Notes under the pieces: generated by a model
Told to the model about the DNA's origin: nothing
The model's database searches: none
What the model saw: the letters and a program-made list of their open reading frames with translations, nothing else
DNA from: Candidatus Latescibacterota bacterium
Lineage (GTDB): Bacteria; Latescibacterota; UBA2968; GCA-2709665
NCBI GenBank assembly: GCA_963662665.2
Contig: CAXXJS010000026.1
Span: forward strand, 1-50,311
Reading direction: 5' to 3'
Length of the DNA: 50,311 bases
Position numbers and translations under genes: made by a program
Shown here: positions 18,052-26,443 of the stretch, in pieces
Numbering within the stretch: the stretch's first letter is position 1
Layout: the number at the start of each line of letters is the position of its first letter

Positions 18052-18088
18052 GGGCGCTGACCGATTCAGGACAGGTGTGCCCTTTTTT
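18052..18088 (+). terminator. Terminator-like hairpin inside the 5' leader (possible attenuator)
   Basis: Imperfect stem gggcgctgacc...ggacag(gt)gtgccc followed by T6. Confidence 0.4.
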
Positions 18089-18232
18089 GTGTCTGAGAGG
18101 GGGTGAAGGTTCCGGCAGACTGCGGGTGTTTTTTTAGACGTAGATTCAAAGGTTGCAGTTGTTTCAGCGGCGGATCGCAGAGTTGCATCAGGGTGGTGGG
18201 GAAAAGTCATCTTCCAATGCAAGGAGGTGTAT

Positions 18233-18931
18233 ATGAAGGTGTTCAGGGTTGTTGGCCTGTTGATTCTGGTTTTTGCGGTTTCAACCTGGCCTGCAGTCGC
18301 CCAGGAGGGAAATTGGGGAGTCGGCGTGTTTGCGAATTACAACGTGCCGGTCTTTGGCCTTGGCGACTGGTACGACAACGATTCCAAGTTCGGATTGAAC
18401 GCGGCCTACGTGCCGGCGTCCAACGTTACCGTGGAGATGGAGTTTCACCACGGCAATTTCACCGACGGGAGCCTGCTGACGCGCACGTTCACCTGGACCG
18501 ACGGCAATGCCTACACCAGCCCGAACGCGGCAAGCAATATGAGCCTGAACAGTCTGCTGGTAAACGCGCTCGTCCGGCTGCGGCAGATCGGGAAGCCGTT
18601 CGCCGCCAGCAGTTTCGCTCCTTACGTCGCGGTGGGCGGCGGCTTTTATCGGTATAAGAACGACGTCAGCGGGTTGCTGTGGCCCGGGCAGACGGGTGAT
18701 CTGGTTCTGGAACTGGAACCGTTCACAGACGAGCGGTACGCGCTCGGGATCAACGCCGGACTGGGCGTGGAAGCGTTCGTGATCGAAAACGTGGCCGTGG
18801 ACCTTCGCGCCAGGTATAATATGATGATTGGGGACCTTCGGAGCATGGAAGACTGGGAGATTTCCGAAACTTTCCCCCTTCAGATGCTGGACTTCGGAGC
18901 CGGGGTTAAATTCTATTTCAGCGGGAAATAG
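18233..18931 (+). CDS. Small outer-membrane beta-barrel (OmpA/OmpW-like porin family)
   Basis: RBS AAGGAGG; signal peptide AVA; FAPYVAVGGG, LGINAGLGVE, VDLRARY, FGAGVKFYF strands. Confidence 0.88.
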   Translation: MKVFRVVGLLILVFAVSTWPAVAQEGNWGVGVFANYNVPVFGLGDWYDNDSKFGLNAAYVPASNVTVEMEFHHGNFTDGSLLTRTFTWTDGNAYTSPNAASNMSLNSLLVNALVRLRQIGKPFAASSFAPYVAVGGGFYRYKNDVSGLLWPGQTGDLVLELEPFTDERYALGINAGLGVEAFVIENVAVDLRARYNMMIGDLRSMEDWEISETFPLQMLDFGAGVKFYFSGK

Positions 18932-18962
18932 CCGCGGAATCTTTTCGGAGGAGGATTTTCAG

Positions 18963-21900
18963 ATGAGTAGAAGGATGTTGTTTATCGCTATGCCGGTCGC
19001 GCTTTCTGTGCTTGTGGCTTTCACCGCAGGTGCGTTTGCGGGCACAACCGGCAAACTGACCGGTCGCGTCATGGATGCCGCGTCCGGCGAACCGCTGCCG
19101 GGCGTGAATATCGTCATAGACGGCACGCGCAGAGGCGCACAGACGGATGCGGACGGATATTACCTTATCCTTTCGGTCGATCCCGGCAATATTACGCTCG
19201 TAGCGTCAATGGTCGGCTACAACGCGGTTTCGCAGACGGACGTGGTGATACACGCCGACTTCACCGCGACCGTCGATTTCCAATTGAGAGAAACCGCGCT
19301 GGAAGCCGAGGAGCTTGTGGTCACGGCGGAGCGCCCGCCGGTGGAGCCCGACAAGACCACCAGTCATTACGTAATGAGCGCCGAGCAGTTGGAATCGCTT
19401 CCCATGGCGCGTTCGGTCACCGACCTGGTCGCATTGAATCCGGGCGTGCAACTGACCAACGCCAACGTCATCCGGGGCGGCGATTCGAGAGACGGTATCC
19501 TGATGGTTGACGGCGTGGTCCTGCCGAACAACGACGGCTACGGCCGGCAGTTCACGGGCCCGTCCAAGACCGCGGTACAGGAAATCACCGTGATTTCCGG
19601 CGGGGCAAGCGCGGAATACGGAAACCTGGAATCGGGCGCTGTGTCGATTATCACGAAAGACGGCGGACGTGACTACCGAGGGTGGGGCGATTTCCGCTAT
19701 ACGCCTCCAAGCCAGAAGCACTGGGGCTCCAACCTCTACGAAAGCGCGTATCACCGCGACAGGCTAAAATGGGACGACCGCGAGTGGCGTGCCGAAACGG
19801 TGATCCTGAGCGACGGCGAGGATGGCGTTCCGGGAACACCGGACGACGAGGTGGGTCTGGCGCATAATGCGGTAGACTATACCGAAGTGAAGGGTTCCTA
19901 TATCGAGGGTGGAATTTCGGGGCCGATGGGCGACCAGGCCAGTTTCTTCGCCAGCGCCAGGTGGACCAGGCAGCCCACCGACGTGTTGAACACGTCCGTT
20001 CGCAACGCCACGTTCGACCCGAGCCTTGGCGCCACCAGCCTCATCAGTGTGATGTCAGGCGGGTTTCCCACGCTGGATACGCCGCTGGATTTCCGTGGGA
20101 ACGCCAAGCTGACGTTCCGCCCGGGGGCTGACGCCAAAGTCAGCATCGGGCAGATCTACTCCGTGGCGGAATATTACAATAGAGGAACGAACACCCAGCG
20201 CGACAGGGCGTCCAACGGTCAGAATATCTTTCTGCCCGAGGGGTCCGGCGCGGGCGGACGCAAAGTTTCCGACCGGGTCACCTATGCGTCACTGACCCAT
20301 ACGGTATCTCCAAAGACCTTTTACGAAGCCAGAGTGTCGTTCTACACAACCCTTGAAGATACGCAGGATACCAACTGGCCGAAGGACCAGTTCGGATTCC
20401 CCGTAACGTTATTTGGCGAGAAGGACCTGGACGGCTGGTTCAACGTGAAGCCCAACTACGTCGCGAATTATACCATCGCGGACCGGAGCCGGCTGAACCT
20501 CAAGCTCGATGTGTCCTCGCAGGTCACCAAGGGACACTTTGTAAAAACGGGCGTGGATCTCACCCGGTTCAGCATCTATTACCTGAATTATAACGCGCCC
20601 AATCCCAGCCAGCGGATCGTGGACTTCATCACCCATTCCGGCAATCTGCCGGACGTGAAAGCCCCGATCAACCCCCTTCAGATCGGATTCTATCTGCAGG
20701 ACAAGATGGAGTTCGAAGGGATGGTGTTGAACGCGGGCATCCGTTTCGACGCGCTCTACACCAATCACCGGTTCTACAACGTTTCGCAGCTTCAGACGCC
20801 GCAGAACCGGTGGCTCATCAAGCACGTGGATATGGTCACGGTCGATCCGCAGTGGGCAACCCAGTTCAGCCCACGTTTCGGGATCTCTCATCCCATCACG
20901 CAGCGGTCGGCTTTCCACTTCACGGCCGGAATGTACGCCAAGGTTCCCGATCTGTTTGAGTTCTTCCGCGAACAGTGGCGGGCCAACGGCCCGGACGCCC
21001 ACGTGGCCTGGGATGCGTTCCGGGGTCTGCACGGGCAGGTCCGGATGGCGAACCCCTACGTTTCTCTTACACGTACCCGGGCTTACGAAGCTGGCGCCGA
21101 TTGGAACTTCGTGGCCGACTATACGGCGGGTATGGCGGCATATTACAAGAGCGCAATCGGAAAGGTCAACTCCGGAAGCCGGTACTGGTACGAGCCGCAG
21201 CGGAGTACCTGGGTCTGGGGCCGAAAACCCAGCGGTTTCCAGGACATGAGAGGGTTCGAGTTGCACGTGCGCAAGGGTTTCAGCCATTACTTCTCGTTCA
21301 ACGCGGCCATCAACTTCGGCTGGGCGTCTTCGGCGCGCGTGGGCTCCAACGCCACCATGTTCTACCCGGATTCCTCGTACGTGATGAATCCCGATCAGTA
21401 CCACGACTGGGAATGGAACGGATCCCAGTACGTGCGCAAGGACTTCACGCTCGAAGAGCGGATGGTTCTCGCAACGCGGGTGGCCAGCTGGTGGCGGGGC
21501 AGGGCCAGAGCCATCACCAACAGCTATCAATACGTGGTCTTCGAGTTCATGGATATCCAGAAGGCCTACGACGCGCCCGCCAATATGAACGGCGTCTGGC
21601 AGCCCACCTACGGTGGCGGGCGGTTGTTCAACCCCAAGGGTTCCGACCTGCGCGTCCAGTCGAGTCTTTCGCTTTATCTGGACACGCCCATGGACTTTGG
21701 CCCCGGGTTGCGGCAGTTCCACGCAGTGGGCGGCCTGCGCGCCAATATGGTCTGGCGTATCCAGAGTGGCAGTCCCCTGTGGTACACGCCGCCCGGCAAG
21801 CAGCCGGAGTTGCGCCACAGGCCCATCCGCACGTGGACAGACCTGCAGGTTGAGAAAACGCTCGTGGAGGGCGGGCATCGGAACGCCGTCTTCTACGTGG

Positions 21901-22088
21901 AAGTCTTCAACCTGTTTAATCAGCAGGACAGCCCGGTCGGCGGCTCCTATCCCGATTACGTCCGCTGGGGTCTGAACGTGCCCAGGCCGAATGACCAGGA
22001 CTATCTGGACTACGGGGACTACAACGAGTTGACCCGGTACTACGGAAAGCCGCGTGAGTTGGGGGTTGGTCTGAAAGTCAACTTCTAA
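18963..22088 (+). CDS. TonB-dependent receptor with an N-terminal carboxypeptidase-regulatory-like domain
   Basis: AGTTGKLTGRV...GEPLPGVNI, TonB-box-like EELVVTAERP, plug IRGG..VDG..SAEYGN, YLQDKMEF, FSPRFGISHP, NLFN, C-terminal GLKVNF. Confidence 0.95.
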   Translation: MSRRMLFIAMPVALSVLVAFTAGAFAGTTGKLTGRVMDAASGEPLPGVNIVIDGTRRGAQTDADGYYLILSVDPGNITLVASMVGYNAVSQTDVVIHADFTATVDFQLRETALEAEELVVTAERPPVEPDKTTSHYVMSAEQLESLPMARSVTDLVALNPGVQLTNANVIRGGDSRDGILMVDGVVLPNNDGYGRQFTGPSKTAVQEITVISGGASAEYGNLESGAVSIITKDGGRDYRGWGDFRYTPPSQKHWGSNLYESAYHRDRLKWDDREWRAETVILSDGEDGVPGTPDDEVGLAHNAVDYTEVKGSYIEGGISGPMGDQASFFASARWTRQPTDVLNTSVRNATFDPSLGATSLISVMSGGFPTLDTPLDFRGNAKLTFRPGADAKVSIGQIYSVAEYYNRGTNTQRDRASNGQNIFLPEGSGAGGRKVSDRVTYASLTHTVSPKTFYEARVSFYTTLEDTQDTNWPKDQFGFPVTLFGEKDLDGWFNVKPNYVANYTIADRSRLNLKLDVSSQVTKGHFVKTGVDLTRFSIYYLNYNAPNPSQRIVDFITHSGNLPDVKAPINPLQIGFYLQDKMEFEGMVLNAGIRFDALYTNHRFYNVSQLQTPQNRWLIKHVDMVTVDPQWATQFSPRFGISHPITQRSAFHFTAGMYAKVPDLFEFFREQWRANGPDAHVAWDAFRGLHGQVRMANPYVSLTRTRAYEAGADWNFVADYTAGMAAYYKSAIGKVNSGSRYWYEPQRSTWVWGRKPSGFQDMRGFELHVRKGFSHYFSFNAAINFGWASSARVGSNATMFYPDSSYVMNPDQYHDWEWNGSQYVRKDFTLEERMVLATRVASWWRGRARAITNSYQYVVFEFMDIQKAYDAPANMNGVWQPTYGGGRLFNPKGSDLRVQSSLSLYLDTPMDFGPGLRQFHAVGGLRANMVWRIQSGSPLWYTPPGKQPELRHRPIRTWTDLQVEKTLVEGGHRNAVFYVEVFNLFNQQDSPVGGSYPDYVRWGLNVPRPNDQDYLDYGDYNELTRYYGKPRELGVGLKVNF

Positions 22089-22099
22089 ACGAATTAATG

Positions 22100-22132
22100 T
22101 AACCGGGGGGCTTTTTTTCCGGCCCCCCGTTA
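22100..22132 (+). other. Intra-operon stem-loop
   Basis: taac(c)ggggggc-tttttttccg-gccccccgtta between the TBDR and the CTD-protein gene. Confidence 0.55.
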
Positions 22133-22152
22133 ATCGAAAGGGAGAAGCAAGT

Positions 22153-24540
22153 ATGAGACCAGGCATCAAGCTTGTGGCGCTTGTTTGCGGCTTGCTCCTG
22201 CCGGTGGGCGCCTGGGCCGTAGACCAGAGCGACACACCGAGGCTTTCCACCAGCCGGAGCCACGTCCAGGTCAGTTGGAACGTGGATGGAACCATGGCCG
22301 GGTGGAACCTTGGAAGCGGGCAGACCGGAGAACCGGATATGTTCTGGTATCCCGGCTGGGCCAATATCCCGAGCAGCAACGCCAGTTCAAACTACACCCG
22401 TCGGGGCGGCAACGCCGTTGGATTCGGCACCTGGATCATGGTGGTGGGGCCAGGCGGCGTGGATGCGGCATGGACAGGCCCCAGGGGCAAGAGCGTCGGT
22501 ATCGTACCGATGGTCTACGACCCGTCCAGCGGGCCCGAGGCGGAACTCGGTGCGGCGACGGAGTGGGAGCAGGGACGTTCCGGGTCGTTTTCTCCGGCCA
22601 GCAACTATTGGCCCGACGCGGTCGTGCCCGACGAGATGGACACCAGCGCACCCCCCAGACTCATCCATAACTTCTCGCCCGGGGAATACACGCCGGACGA
22701 TGCGTTTGCGGAAGAGATTCTGGTCACCAGGTGGAACAACAAGTTCGACATCACGATAACCCGGAAGGTGCATAACTGGGCCCATCAGATGTTCGACGAT
22801 TTCGTGATTGTTGAATATACGCTGGAAAACATCGGCAGCGATCGGCATAACGAGGTGTACCTGCCTCTGGTGGCCACGTGGAAAATCAACGAGACGGCCG
22901 ACAATAACACCGGCGGCGGCCGCTGGTGGCGATGGTTGGATGAAGGTCTCGACGACAACTTCCGCTACACGGAAGCCGGAAACTACGTAGACGGCGGTCC
23001 CGGCGGCCCCGCGTTCATCAGCGCGGCAGATGCGCAGGGACTCAAGTTGAGCTATCAGTTCGATGGCGACAGCCCGTTCAAGGCCTGGGAAGATACCGGC
23101 GATCCGTGGATCAAGGACATCGAGACCTCCGATCTGAAGGAGATGGCCTTCCCCGACGGTAAGCTCGCCTCCCATTCATTCGTGGGCCTGGCGCCGATCG
23201 CGTTCGCCGACAACGCGGCCGACCCGAGACATTCGTTCAATATACACGACGCGGGCCAGTACGTACAGCCCGAGGAAGACCAGCCGGTCTACCAGGGCTG
23301 GTGGAACGTACGGACCACGGCCGACTACGACGAGCCCGTCCTCGAGGGGGAGACCCCGGCGGAGGCCTTCGCCAAGTTGACCGCAAACACAGCCCAGGAC
23401 AACCCCACCGACGTGGGCGGCTTCACGAACGCGCAGGTGTACGGTCCCTGGGCGCTCGGCCCCGGCGACAAGGCCAAGGTCGTGGTGGCCTACGTGGCCG
23501 GCTCCGGCGCCGAGTATGCCGGTCCCGGCAAGAGCCCCATAGACATCTGGCAGTGGTCGCTCACTGCCGACAAGGCCAGTTTCCTGTCGGGCGAACAGGC
23601 GATTGTCGAGCACCTGGAACACGCGATTTTCGCCTATCAGAGCGGCTTTGATATTCCGGATTCGCCTCCGGACGTCGACGTCTACGTAAAGAGCGACGAG
23701 AACGCAAAAGTGAAGCTGTTCTGGGCCGCCGAGGCCCAGGGCGCCGTTCATCCGGACTTCGGTGTTGCCGACGTGGCCGGGTTTCGCATTTACCGCGGAC
23801 TGAGGGGTACTCTCACCGCTACCGGTCCGTTTTCGCTGGTTGGCGACATTCCCGTGGGCGGACCCCTTCCCGCCGGTGTTACGTACGACGCCGCCGCAGA
23901 CTGGCCCGTGGCCGCCGCAGAGTCCGACGAAAACAGGGCGGGGTCGCTGGCGATCGAGGCCAGCGAGGGCCGGCGCGCGGATCGTCCAGGAATGTACGGC
24001 TGGTCAGACGCGAGTTCCAACGCCGGATTTTTCTATTACTACAGCGTACGTGCTTATCAGGAACCGCACGACGACTGGGTGAACAACGACGGCACGATGA
24101 CTTTCGAGGATCTCCCGCCCAGGGCGAAGAAGTTTCTGCAGAATGGGCAGGAGGGTCCGTTCTCCAACTTCCTGCAGGTAAACAGCGGGTCGCCGGTGCT
24201 GCCGTTCGTAGCGGCCGCCGACGCGTTGGAACGCGATATCGTTGTGGTGCCGAACCCATACATGGCCAATGGCACGAACGAGTACGGCGGCGGCCTGAAG
24301 ATCAGGTTTGTGAACGTGCCGTCCAACTCGTTCATTTACATTTTCAACACTGCCGGGCAGCTGATTCAGGTACTGCGTCAGAAGGCCAATGCCTCCAGTG
24401 AGACCAGTTGGACCGGCCGTCCCTATTCCACAATCCGGGCGCTTGTGGGTCCGGGAATCTATTTCTATGCCGTGCATGGCGTTGAAGGTTCGGCAGGCGC
24501 CGGAAAGATCAAGACCGGCACGTTTGTGGTGATCCGTTAA
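22153..24540 (+). CDS. Large secreted protein with an FN3-like domain and a T9SS-type C-terminal sorting-like domain
   Basis: Signal peptide; PDSPP..V...VKLFW...AGFRIYR...YYYSVRAY; C-terminal VVPNPY..IRFVNVP..IYIFNTAGQLI..W..GIYFY.V..KTGTFVVIR. Confidence 0.88.
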   Translation: MRPGIKLVALVCGLLLPVGAWAVDQSDTPRLSTSRSHVQVSWNVDGTMAGWNLGSGQTGEPDMFWYPGWANIPSSNASSNYTRRGGNAVGFGTWIMVVGPGGVDAAWTGPRGKSVGIVPMVYDPSSGPEAELGAATEWEQGRSGSFSPASNYWPDAVVPDEMDTSAPPRLIHNFSPGEYTPDDAFAEEILVTRWNNKFDITITRKVHNWAHQMFDDFVIVEYTLENIGSDRHNEVYLPLVATWKINETADNNTGGGRWWRWLDEGLDDNFRYTEAGNYVDGGPGGPAFISAADAQGLKLSYQFDGDSPFKAWEDTGDPWIKDIETSDLKEMAFPDGKLASHSFVGLAPIAFADNAADPRHSFNIHDAGQYVQPEEDQPVYQGWWNVRTTADYDEPVLEGETPAEAFAKLTANTAQDNPTDVGGFTNAQVYGPWALGPGDKAKVVVAYVAGSGAEYAGPGKSPIDIWQWSLTADKASFLSGEQAIVEHLEHAIFAYQSGFDIPDSPPDVDVYVKSDENAKVKLFWAAEAQGAVHPDFGVADVAGFRIYRGLRGTLTATGPFSLVGDIPVGGPLPAGVTYDAAADWPVAAAESDENRAGSLAIEASEGRRADRPGMYGWSDASSNAGFFYYYSVRAYQEPHDDWVNNDGTMTFEDLPPRAKKFLQNGQEGPFSNFLQVNSGSPVLPFVAAADALERDIVVVPNPYMANGTNEYGGGLKIRFVNVPSNSFIYIFNTAGQLIQVLRQKANASSETSWTGRPYSTIRALVGPGIYFYAVHGVEGSAGAGKIKTGTFVVIR

Positions 24541-24570
24541 CGAACCTCGCGACGTTTAAGGAGAATTGCT

Positions 24571-25614
24571 ATGAAAAAAGGATGGATCATCTTGGGATTG
24601 GCCCTCGTGACCGTCGCTCTCCTGTCCGTGGAGCCAACGTGGGCGGTAGAGCAGCCCGCGCCCGGCGCCGGATCGCGCGACGGGGCGTTGATCGATCCGA
24701 AGATGGAGAACGTAGACAAGGCGTGGGGCCTTTGGGTCGAGCGCGTGGGACTCTCCGAGTTCCCGTTCCTCAAGATCGGCCAGGGCGCACGCGCCGAAGC
24801 GATGGGCGGTGCTTATACGGCCATTGCGGACGATATCTCTTCGGCGTTTTGGAACGCCGCGGGCCTGGGGCACGTCGAAAACGTGGGCTATACCCTGAAC
24901 TATACCCGCTGGTTGGCCAATTCTTCACTTGTGTCGGGGGCGCTGGCCTTCAACGCGGGATTCGGGGTTATCGGGTTTACGGTCACCAGCTTCGCGGCTG
25001 AAGAATTCGAAGTCACAACGCCCACGGCCCCCTGGGGCACTGGCACCATGGCGCAGGTGGGCGATATTGCCCTCGGCGCGGTCTTTGCGAAGAAAATGAC
25101 CGACAAATTCATGCTGGGCGGTCAGATTCGCTGGATCCAGGAAGATCTTCACCTGGAAAAGGTGTCCACACTGGACTATAGCATCGGCACCCACTTCTAC
25201 ACAGGGTACCGGAGCAGCAGGATCGCCATGAGTTTTCGGAACCTGGGGCCGAACGTCAAAGCAACGGAGGGCGGTTTCACGGCGGCGATGCCCACCACCT
25301 ACTCCCTCGGCGGAGCGATGGAGATTTTCGGTCAGAAGGGCGATCCCGGATACTTCACGCTCTCGCTCGAGCACGAGTTTGTGACGGACTTCCGTCCGAT
25401 CACCCGCGTGGGCGGGGAACTCTGGCTGGAGAACACGCTGGCGCTTCGTGCGGGTTACCGGACGCATACGGCGCTGGAAAGCTGGAGCGTCGGCGCTGGC
25501 CTGAAGCACGAATTGGCGGGCGGTCAACTGATTACCGTCGATCTCTCGTATCATAACGCGGATCTGGGTATTTTCGATGCTCCGCTGCGACTGTCCCTAG
25601 GCGGGACGTTCTAG
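24571..25614 (+). CDS. PorV/PorQ family outer-membrane beta-barrel
   Basis: FLKIGQGARAEAMGGAYTAIADDISSAFWNAAGL; LALRAGY; C-terminal LRLSLGGTF. Confidence 0.92.
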   Translation: MKKGWIILGLALVTVALLSVEPTWAVEQPAPGAGSRDGALIDPKMENVDKAWGLWVERVGLSEFPFLKIGQGARAEAMGGAYTAIADDISSAFWNAAGLGHVENVGYTLNYTRWLANSSLVSGALAFNAGFGVIGFTVTSFAAEEFEVTTPTAPWGTGTMAQVGDIALGAVFAKKMTDKFMLGGQIRWIQEDLHLEKVSTLDYSIGTHFYTGYRSSRIAMSFRNLGPNVKATEGGFTAAMPTTYSLGGAMEIFGQKGDPGYFTLSLEHEFVTDFRPITRVGGELWLENTLALRAGYRTHTALESWSVGAGLKHELAGGQLITVDLSYHNADLGIFDAPLRLSLGGTF

Positions 25615-25637
25615 GAGCGGAATACTCGGTAAACATC

Positions 25638-25675
25638 AAGGGGGGGCGGTCCGTCGGATCGTCCTCCTTTCTTGT
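25638..25675 (+). terminator. Rho-independent terminator of the TBDR operon
   Basis: aagggggggcggtcc-gtc-ggatcgtcctcctt followed by tcttgtt. Confidence 0.7.
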
Positions 25676-25694
25676 TGTAGGTGAAACAATGAAG

Positions 25695-25765
25695 CACTCA
25701 GCAGTCAGTTTTCAGCAGTCAGCTTGAAGCAAAAATCAGCTCACACGGAGACACAAAGACACAAA
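25695..25765. repeat. Short heptamer and octamer tandem repeats
   Basis: cactcag cagtcag ttttcag cagtcag; cacacgga gacacaaa gacacaaa. Confidence 0.65.
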
Positions 25766-25790
25766 AGGAACCCGGAAACACCCGAAAGGC

Positions 25791-25815
25791 GGGCAACCAC
25801 AAGGGTTGCCCCTAC
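25791..25815 (-). repeat. GTAG-type REP element
   Basis: Revcomp GTAG-gggcaacc-cttgt-ggttgccc: GTAG foot plus a perfect 8-bp palindrome. Confidence 0.8.
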
Positions 25816-26443
25816 GAATACAACCATGGCGCGGTCGTAGGTTCCGCGCTTTATCGTCAAGTATTGTAAATATATCGAACCTCGCGCTGTCCAGTCGCGC
25901 GCTCGATTGTGAGGATGGGGGTTTTTCCACGCAGATCCGTCCAGCACCGAAGCAACGGGGGGTCGTATTCGTACGAAGGTCACAAATCGCCGGTCTACGC
26001 CACTGACGAAATTCGTGGAAAAACCGGCTCCGCGCCGAGCGGCGCCCTTCTTTTTCGCCCGTTTTCTTGGGCGAAGCAAGAAAAAGGGCAGGGGAAAGGG
26101 GGACGTTATGGGGGTGGGGGAGAATTTTTGATAGAAAAGGAAAGTTGACGGGAGAGTTAAAGCCTGAGTCGGCCCGGAACGCAGTTGGGAAGTACCTCAA
26201 GAGGGAAGAGAGGAGACGTGAGAGGACCACATCCGAACCCGCCGATCTCGCATCCTCATCGAAATCCGTTTCTCTTTGATTATTGCGAGAGTCCGTCCCG
26301 CAGGTCTGGATTTTCTGCAACCAATTCCGCCTGCGGGCATCCTAATGGTATCGGTTACTGAACCATAGTTCCACCTGCTGCGCCTCTGTGACGAGCGGCG
26401 CGGTTTGCCATATTGGCGCCATCCTGAAGAGAGGAAGATAACG

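Noticed and set aside
20409-22379. 656-aa antisense ORF over the TonB receptor
   Set aside because: Expected shadow frame of a GC3-rich gene; no recognisable domain.
25736-26320. 194-aa minus-strand ORF and other short ORFs in the repeat-rich gap
   Set aside because: They translate REP and simple repeats (GNPCGCP, LCLRVS); not credible proteins.
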